The position numbers were made by a program, and so were the translations under genes. From a virus (Duplodnaviria; Caudoviricetes), in the IMG/VR virus record IMGVR_UViG_3300030330_000270, positions 1 through 32,874 of that record: a stretch of 32,874 nt of DNA; one strand, given 5' to 3'. Shown here one piece after another: positions 16,219 through 25,300 of this stretch (the first letter of the stretch is position 1; each line of letters starts with the position of its first letter). The notes beneath the pieces were generated by a model, which was given only the letters and a program-made list of their open reading frames with translations, was not told the origin of the DNA and searched no databases.

Positions 16219-17891
16219 TGGGCGGTAGAAGTAGAAGTGCACCAGCACAACCAACAGAAACAAGAGTAACTCAAACTGATTTACCAGAATATGTACAACC
16301 TTATTTTGAGAGATTACTAAAAAGAGGTGAGGCTGAATCTAATCAGCCATATACTCCTTATGGTGGCGAAAGAATAGCTTATTTTTCACCTGATGAATTA
16401 ACTTCACAGGCTATGACTAGAGGTTATGCTCAATCAGGTACACCTTTAGAATTTCAATTAGCATCTCAAAGAGCTGCTATGTTAGGTGGACCATATGGTT
16501 CAGGATATCAAGCAGGTTTAGTAGGTTCTGGTTATCAAGCTGGTCAACAAAGAGAAGCTTATGATGCACAGACTTATCAACCAGGATATCAAGCAGGTTT
16601 AGTAGGTTCTGGTTATACAGCTAGAGATTTAGGTTTAGGATTTGGAGCTAGTGGAATACAGTCTGGATATCAACCAACAGATACTTTTTCTACTTATAAT
16701 CCATTTACAAGACAATCGCAATATACTGCAGGTGATGTAGGTGAACAATTTACACCTTTAAGTTATGAAGAAAACATACAAAGGTTTATTTCTCCATTTC
16801 AACAAAATGTTATAGATATACAAAAAAGAGAAGCAACAAGACAATCAGAAATGATGGGTGATAAAACTGCTGATGCTGCAGTTAGGTCTGGTGGTTTAGG
16901 TGGTTATCGTGAAGCTATTTTACAAGCAGAAAGAGAGCGTAATTTAAGTCAACAACTTGATGATATACAAGCTAAAGGTAGTCAAGCAGGTTTTCAATCA
17001 GCTCAACAACAATTAGCTGCTGAAAGAGCATCACAATTAGGAGCAGCACAATTTGGTTTACAACAATTTACTGCTAGTGAAAGAGCACAACAAGTACAAG
17101 AACAATTAGACCAAAGAGCATTTGATGCAGGTGAACGAGCTAAACAAGAAGCAGCTAAGTTAGGATTAACAGCTAATCAACAGAATCAAGCAGCTAGACA
17201 AGCAGCAGAAAAATTTAGACAATCTGCATTTGCACAAACAGAGCAATCAAGACAAGCACAAGAGAAGTTTAGACAATCTGCATTTACAGCAGGAGAACAA
17301 GCTAGACAAGAAGCTGCTAAATTAGGATTGACTGCTGCACAGCAGAATGAAGCAGCACGACAAGCACAAGAAAAATTTATGCAAAGTGGATTTGGATTAA
17401 CTGAAAGTTCATTCCAAAAACAAGCAGAAATAGATTTAGCAAGATATCAAGCTGGAGAAGCAGCAAGACAACAAGCAGCTAAACTTGGTCTTACAGCAGC
17501 ACAACAGAATGAAGCTGCTAGACAAGCACAAGAAAAATTTAATCAGTCAGCTTTTGATATGTCTCAAAGATTTGGTTTAGCATCTATAGATGCTCTAAGA
17601 GATGTTGGTGGAGATATACAAGATGATGTTAGACAAAGAATTGCAGCATTACAAGGTATTGGAGCACAACAAAGAGGTATGCAACAAGCATCTTTAGATA
17701 TGGGTTATCAAGACTTTTTAAGACAACAAGGATTTACTCAACAACAGTTAGGCTTTTTGGGTGGATTATTAAGAGGTGTGCCTGTACAACCACAACAACA
17801 AATTAGTACTTTTCAACAACAACCAGGATTATTCCAATCAGCTTTAGGCATGGGATTACAAGGACTGGGTTTATATAAAGGATTATCATAA
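16218..17891 (+). CDS. Ejection/DNA-pilot protein, Gln/Ala-rich helical repeats
   Basis: LPEYVQPY, Y.PYGGERIA, QQNVID, GGLGGYR and LDMGYQDFLRQQ motifs; C-terminal GLFQSALGMGLQGLGLY. Confidence 0.7.
   Translation: MGGRSRSAPAQPTETRVTQTDLPEYVQPYFERLLKRGEAESNQPYTPYGGERIAYFSPDELTSQAMTRGYAQSGTPLEFQLASQRAAMLGGPYGSGYQAGLVGSGYQAGQQREAYDAQTYQPGYQAGLVGSGYTARDLGLGFGASGIQSGYQPTDTFSTYNPFTRQSQYTAGDVGEQFTPLSYEENIQRFISPFQQNVIDIQKREATRQSEMMGDKTADAAVRSGGLGGYREAILQAERERNLSQQLDDIQAKGSQAGFQSAQQQLAAERASQLGAAQFGLQQFTASERAQQVQEQLDQRAFDAGERAKQEAAKLGLTANQQNQAARQAAEKFRQSAFAQTEQSRQAQEKFRQSAFTAGEQARQEAAKLGLTAAQQNEAARQAQEKFMQSGFGLTESSFQKQAEIDLARYQAGEAARQQAAKLGLTAAQQNEAARQAQEKFNQSAFDMSQRFGLASIDALRDVGGDIQDDVRQRIAALQGIGAQQRGMQQASLDMGYQDFLRQQGFTQQQLGFLGGLLRGVPVQPQQQISTFQQQPGLFQSALGMGLQGLGLYKGLS
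16501..16616 (+). repeat. 35-bp exact direct repeat CAGGATATCAAGCAGGTTTAGTAGGTTCTGGTTAT (16501-16535 and 16582-16616)
   Basis: Encodes GYQAGLVGSGY twice, 81 bp apart. Confidence 0.9.
17127..17558 (+). repeat. Protein-level 54-aa repeat (3 x 18 aa)
   Basis: AGE.A.Q.AAKLGLTA.QQN.AARQA.EKF starts at 17127, 17289 and 17451, exactly 162 bp apart. Confidence 0.85.
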
Positions 17892-19348
17892 TGGCAAACT
17901 TAGTAGAACTATCAAATGATTTAGAGTTTGTTCCTAAAGAACAATTAATACAAATGTCGCAAGACCCAAACTCTACTTTTCCACCTTATTTAGTATTAGC
18001 CGAAATACAAAGAAGAACACAAATGGAAAAAATGTATGATGCTCAACAACCTAAACCACAAACATCTGTGGCTGAAGAGTTAGTAGCAGAATTTGCAGGT
18101 AGTCCATCTGGTTTAGGAGCTATGGCTCAGTCATTTGATACACCAAATGCTTTCCAATCAGGTGATATGGGCGACATAGCTCCGCCTTCTCCTATGCAGA
18201 TGATGGCTGCTAGTGGTGGTAAAACTGGATATTATCATGGCACTAATATTCTTTCACCAGATGATTATCAATCAGGTGGTAAAACTGGCTATCAAGTAGG
18301 TGGTATGACTGAACAAGAATTAAAAAATCAATTCTTACAAAGTGCAGGAATAAGTGGTAGTAGTGCAGGAATAGGTGGTGGTATAGAATCAACACTTAAT
18401 AATCCTATGTTAGATAGTTTAACTGAAGAAGAAAAAATTAAATTATTTGGTAAAGGTGGAATACTTTTTGACCCAACTAATCCAATAGATTATATATTAG
18501 CTCTTTCTGGTGTAGGTAAACTTGGACAAATAGGATTTAAAGGATTAAAAGCTTTAAAAGCAAAAGGAGCTTTTCAACCAAAAATAGTAAAAGAAACAAA
18601 ATTACCAGATGTAAAAATAAAAGGTGGTGGTAAAAAACCTGGTGGTGTCATGTTAGAAACAACACAAGAAGCAGGAAAATTGCGTGGATTAATAGATAAT
18701 CCTATTACAAGAAATCCATTTACATCTCTTTTAGGTACAGGATATGTTCTTGGTAAAGGGCAACAATTTTTTGGTGCTAGTTCTGAAAATGAAAGATTAG
18801 AAAAAGAATTAGAAGATTTAAAAACAAAACAAGCTAATGATGCAGAAGCAGAATTAAAAGCAAAATTAGAAGCAGATATAGCAGCAAGACAAAAAGCTGC
18901 AGCAGATAAAGAAGCTGAATTACTTGCACAAGCTAAAAAATCTCGTCAAGCAGATATGTTAATAGGACTTGGTGGTGCTATAGGTTCTGCTAGAAATTTA
19001 GGAGAATTAAGTAGCGGTATATCTGATGCTTATTTTGGTATTAAATCAGCAGAACAAGCTGCAGAATTACAAGGCTTACAAGGTGCACTATTACAGGCAC
19101 AAACTGCTAAATATGAAACAGATATAGCTAATATGTCAATAAGACAGCTTGAATTTTTAATTAATAGTTTAAGTGAGCAAATTAAAGAAGGTGCTTTTTC
19201 TACACAAGAAGAAAAAGCTGCTGCAATAAAACAAAGAGATGATTTAATTAAAGCATATACAGCTAAAACAGGATTTGCTTCACTTGATGCAAAAAATCAA
19301 AGAAATAAAAATTTAGGTTTAGAAAGTTTAATTACAGAACTAGGATAA
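17891..19348 (+). CDS. Internal virion/ejection protein
   Basis: PPYLVLAEIQRR N-terminal motif, coiled coils and Gly-rich amphipathic segments; lies between the pilot protein and the giant protein. Confidence 0.6.
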   Translation: MANLVELSNDLEFVPKEQLIQMSQDPNSTFPPYLVLAEIQRRTQMEKMYDAQQPKPQTSVAEELVAEFAGSPSGLGAMAQSFDTPNAFQSGDMGDIAPPSPMQMMAASGGKTGYYHGTNILSPDDYQSGGKTGYQVGGMTEQELKNQFLQSAGISGSSAGIGGGIESTLNNPMLDSLTEEEKIKLFGKGGILFDPTNPIDYILALSGVGKLGQIGFKGLKALKAKGAFQPKIVKETKLPDVKIKGGGKKPGGVMLETTQEAGKLRGLIDNPITRNPFTSLLGTGYVLGKGQQFFGASSENERLEKELEDLKTKQANDAEAELKAKLEADIAARQKAAADKEAELLAQAKKSRQADMLIGLGGAIGSARNLGELSSGISDAYFGIKSAEQAAELQGLQGALLQAQTAKYETDIANMSIRQLEFLINSLSEQIKEGAFSTQEEKAAAIKQRDDLIKAYTAKTGFASLDAKNQRNKNLGLESLITELG

Positions 19349-19354
19349 TAAATT

Positions 19355-22300
19355 ATGGCTGAATATGATATTGGCGGCGGGAAAAAAATACAAATTCCTG
19401 ATAATTTAGACCCCGAAACAAGACTACAATTAGCTGAAATTGTTAAAGATAAATACGGCATTGATATAAATCAAACATCAGTATTAGAACAAGCAGGTGA
19501 ATTTGTAAAAGCAATACCAAGAGGTATTGCTAGTTTAGCTTTAGATGTACCTACAGGTATTGTTGGTTTATTTGATATTGGTAATGACAGTAATTTATAT
19601 AAAGGTCTTGAAGGTTTACAACAAAAATTAAGAGAAGATTCTGCATTAGCAGCAGACCCAAGATATGCTGATAAGTTTTCTACAAAACTAGGAGAAGGCA
19701 TAGGTTCATTCGGACCATTCTTAGGTGCAGGTATGGTAGGTAGAGCATTATCTAAAGCACCAGGAGCAGCTAAAGGCTTCTTATCACCAACATTTACAGC
19801 ACCAACAGCTTTAGCAATACCAACAGGTATAGCAGCACAAGGCGATAGACTACAGATGGCTAGAGAAATGGGTGAAGATGTAGGTGGTCTTACTGAAACT
19901 ACTGCTGAATTATTTGGTGGTCTTATAGGTATAACTGAAGTATTACCTATAGCAAGTATATTAGGTAAAGTATCTAAAACAACAGATTTAAATACAAAAG
20001 AAAGGTTAGTATCTGCTTTACAATCTGGTGCATTTGAGGGTGGACAAGAGGTAGCTGCAAGTATATTACAAGATTTAACAGCTAGAGGTCTTTATAGTGA
20101 AGATTTACCTATGGCTGATAGTATGTTTGAAGAGTTTACTATTGGCGGTATTATTGGTGGTGCTGCTGATTTAATTGTTACTAGTATGGCAGGTAAAAAA
20201 TCTGGCAGACAAAAACAATTAGAAGAAGATAATTTAAGAGCTGATGAAAACAAACAAAGATTAATACTTGCTAAAAAACAAGAACAAGCTATTGAACAAG
20301 GTGTACTTGAAGAAATGCAAGATATGCCACCTATTACAGTTCCTCAAATTATTGCACCAGAAGAAAAACCTACAGAACCATCAGTAGAAGTAGTAATGAC
20401 TCCACAAGAAAAATTTTCTGTTGTTGATATTAGTAATCCTGAAGCTCCTGCACAGGTTGATATAAAAGATACAGAAATAGAAGCTATCAAAGTTAGAGAT
20501 AAGATATTAAAAGATTATAATTTTAATATTTTAAAATCTAAATTAGATAATGATGTATATAACTTAGGTTTAATTAATAGTAAAAGTGCTTATGAAGTAG
20601 GACAAAGTTTAGAAGATAGTAGAGCTAGTGATGTAACTATTCAACAATTAATTAATAGTGTACCTAAAGATTCTAAACAAGAAGTAATTCTTAGAGGTTT
20701 AGTAAATAGTTTTGTTGCACAAAATCCAGGCAAGACTTCTCGTAGTTATCCTAGATTACCTATGACAGAAGCTAAAAAATTATTAACACCTAAACAGTTT
20801 AATGAATTTACATCTGCATATGCTCAATCTGTATTTAAAAATTCTGAAAAAAATGGTGAGCCTTCTATTATTGCAGATAAAGATAAACCAGATACATCAG
20901 CTAAATATATAAAAGAAATAGCTGCATCTAAAAATATAGATTTAAATTTTCAATCACCTGCTGTTCAATATGCAGCAGAAAAATACACAGGTACGCCTGA
21001 GTTTAAAAAAATGAAACAAGGTCAAAAAGAATTATTTTTGGCTAAACTTCATTCACTTCCTAAGTTCAATTCAAGAACAACTTTCCCAGACTTTAGACCA
21101 AGAAACTATACTGCACAAGAAATGGCAGATTTTGTTGCTAATACAAAAAGCAATAAAGTAATTTTTGATAAAAATAGTTTATTAAAAGTTGGACCAGATT
21201 CTATTAGAAAAAATAAAGTAGCTACAGAACAATTTATAGATGATTTAATTTATAGTGGTAGAGCTGAACAAATAGAAGGCACTAATAACTACAAAATTAA
21301 AGATAATTTTGAGTTTGATATAGCTAGAAAAGCAGAAGGTTTTAATGAAACACCAGAAGAGTTTGGTGCAAGACTTACTGCAGAAGGTAAATTACCTCCA
21401 GAAACTATTGCAGAATTAGTAGAAAAAGAAACAAAAAATCAAGAAAAATTATTACCACCTGCAGAAATAGTTCCTAAAACTATTAACTATGCTGAAACTT
21501 TACAAGAAGGCAAAGTTAATAAATTTGTAAAAGAACTTAGAAAAAAATTAGATGCTGTAGGTCTTAAAGAAACAGGCATTGTAGTTAGTGATGACATACT
21601 TTCTACTAGTACATTGCAAAGAGTAGAAGGAAAAATAAAATTTGACCCAAGAGTTACTAGAGCTACAAAAACAGCAGAAGCAGTAGAAGGAGAATATGAT
21701 AGAAATACAGATACTATTTTCTTATCTCTTAATGCCATAAATCCAGATGGTGGTGCTACAGAAGTAGAAATAGAAGAAAGATTAAGAAAAGTATTAGACC
21801 ATGAAATGATTCATGCTTTTAGAGCTAAAGATTTAATTACTGAAAAAGAATATCAATACTTAAAAAAATTAGTTAAAGATAAAAAGTTTCCTAATGACCC
21901 AGCAAAAAGAACTTTTTATAAAGAAGCCATAGATAGAACTAGAGGTGAATTAGCAAATAGAAATTTATCTGATGCTTTTAAAGAAGATTATATTGTAGAA
22001 GAAGCTATAGCAGAGTTATTTAGAAATAAAGATTTACTAGTAAATACTCCTCCTAAAGTAGATGGTATTTTTAATAAGATAATTCAGTTCTTTAAAACTA
22101 TGGGTCAAGCAATGCGTAGCTCAGGATATAAAAGTGCTACAGAAATATTTGATAATATAGAATCTGGTAGAGTTGGTGCTAGAGAAAGAGGGGTTGTTAG
22201 AACTACAAGACTCTTAGATGCAGGTCGTATTCCTGCTAGTTTTATTAATATTGACCCTGATATACCAGCAGAACAACAAGAAATAATTCCTGGTGATGAA

Positions 22301-25300
22301 ATAAGACAAACTTTAAGACCTAGAGGCATTAGACCTTTAACCATACCAAAGCCTAAACCAACACCTCCTACGCCTCCAGCAGGTCCTACAACGCCTCCTG
22401 CAACACCTTCTACAACACCTACAACTATTTATAATACTAAAAAATTAACAGATAAAGAGTATATTGCTGAAAGAAAAAAAATTCTAACAGGATTGCAAGA
22501 TGCAAAAGTATTAGACAAAGCTATCTTTGATAAAGATGGCAATGTAACTAAAACTATTAAAGGTAACTATGATTCTATAAAAATGATGAAATGGTTAATT
22601 GATAATTCACCAAGTCAAGATTATAAAATTATTGCACAAAAAGTTCATAAATCTTTATTAGCATTAAAAAAACAAGGTAGAACATTTCCTCTTAAATTAG
22701 AATTAGGTAAAAAACAACCTAATATGCGTAGAGGTCAAGCTGCAATACAGCCAAGTGATAGAAATCCAATGCAACCATATAATTATCAAACATTTACTAT
22801 GCTTGTTAATGATGGTAGTACAAGAACAGTAAATGCAAGTTCTAATGTATCTGATTGGAGAAGAGCTAATGGAGTTCATTTTGAAGCTTTATTACATGAA
22901 GGAATACATCAAGCTACATTAGCTCAGATATATGCTGCTCAGCATAACTTAACTACTAGAGATGGACCTAAAACATTTCAAGAAAGTGCATCAGGTAAAA
23001 AAGTAAAAGCTGCACATAAAGAACTTGCTATACAAGCAAATAGAGTAAAAGATTATTATCAACAAAGAATGAAATTTTATGAAAATCTTGCAGGAAGAAT
23101 ACAACAGCAAGAAGAAGGAGCATTAGAAGAATACAAATCTATTTATAATAATTTACCCAATATAGAAAAAAATCTAGCAGATATTTATATTACTAAAGAT
23201 TCAACAGGTTTTATATATCCTAGAGATGAAAATACTTTTAATGGCGTACAAGTACAAAAAAAAATATTCAATGACCATTATATTAAATATCAATTATTTT
23301 CTAATGAAGCTCAATATAATGAAGATGTATCAGAGTTATTAACTTTTGGATTAACAAATAGAGACTTTCAAGAAATGCTTGAATATATACCTTTAGGCAA
23401 AGATGCTACTAATAGTGTATGGAATAAATTTGTAGAAACAATTAGAAAATTATTAGAGATACCTGCAAAATTAAATACAGAATTATCTGCATTTCTTAAA
23501 AATGCTTCTACTTTATTAGACCTTAAAACAGAAGGTTTAATAGCACCAACTCCTGTAAGAGAAACCGCTGCACCTATAGATAAAGAAATACCTACATTTA
23601 GTAGAGCAGAAGAGCCTATAGGTAAATTTACTATAAAAAGAGATGAATATATTGAAGGCAATATTAATGTAGGAAAAATACTTGGATATGATGTAGAAAT
23701 ATTTAAAGACCCAGGTGGTATGGGAGGTCAAAACTATTCTATGATTATTACAGACCCAAGAGTAGACATGGAAATAGATTTTAACTCTATAGGTTTATTT
23801 AGTAAAAACTTACAAGAAGCGAAAGAAGATGCTGTATTTAAAATTCAAACATTAATTAATGATGGAGAAATTTTAGACCCTACTTCAATTTATTTTATGC
23901 GAGGAGTAGGTAAAAGAGAAGATGCAGTAATAGCAAAATTAAAAGATACAGATACAGATATACCTACATTTAGTAGAGCACAAGATATTGGTTCACCTCT
24001 TAATGAACCTCTTGGTTATAGATTAAATGATAAAACTTTAGAAAGTTGGTTAAAATATCACAACTATGAAAACTTAAATGAAAGACCAGGTGCACCTTAT
24101 ACAGAAGGTGAAATAGATTTAGCTTATAGAAAAAATGACTCTGTTTTAAATGAATCTTATGTTATATATGCAGATAGAATAGAAACTTATTTTGCACCTT
24201 ATGGTGATAAAATATCTAAGAAAACATATAAAAATCCTACACATAAACAACTGCTTATAGATTTTGATTATTTACCTGCAGGTGATATACCTACCTTTAG
24301 TAGAAAATCAGATGATGCATACTTTGCAAGAGAAAAAAGAAAAAGAACAATATCTAATTTAGAATCAAGTATAGAGTTTAAACAAGCACAGCTAGATGCA
24401 GAAAGAGGCACTATGACAGATTCTAGTGCTAAAAGATTAGAAAGAGAAATAAAAAATCAAAGACAAAAAATAATTGATTTAAGAGCTGGAGATTTACCTA
24501 CATTTAGTAGAGCAGCTACAGAAACACAACCTCCATATATGGACTTTAATCGTAAACAGATTAGAGACTTTAGTAGTAATAGAGTTGGTTTTTATAATGG
24601 AGTAGAAATACCTTTAACTCATGTTACAAGAATGAATGTTGATGATTTTTTAAAACTTACAACATATGACCAACAACATATAAACGATATAATAGCAGAA
24701 GGTCCAACAGTTTTTAATAGACAATTTACTACAGATGCTGGTGTTACAGTTAAAGGTCCTGCAAGAAAAGCTAGTGCTATATTTGACCCAGAAATTGCAG
24801 ATACTGCATTAACTGCTACATTGCCAAGTTTACAAATTCAAGGAGATGGTCAAGTAATTAGACATGAAGGTAGGCATAGAGTTGCATTAATAAAAAAAGG
24901 TGGTGGTACAACTGTTCCTGTATTTATATATTTCCCTGAAGGTAATCCAGAAGAAAATATACCTAATCCTAGTGGTCAAACTTTACAAGCACAAGGTGTT
25001 ACTTCATTAAAAAATGAAAATAAATTTAATGTAGGAATAAAATATACTGAACAATTTTTTGATTTTGAATTACCAATAGACAGTATAAATGGTTTAATAC
25101 CATATAACATTGCACCTTTACATAGAGATAGTGCTCAAACTAAAGATAAATTAGATTTTGCGGTAGAAATTGCTACTGAACCTGATACACAAACATTACC
25201 TAAAGGGTCAATACCTTATGATATATCTACATTTAGTAGAGGTAGAAGAGATGATACAGGTACTAATACACAAGAAAATATACAGTTAAGAGAAGCATTA

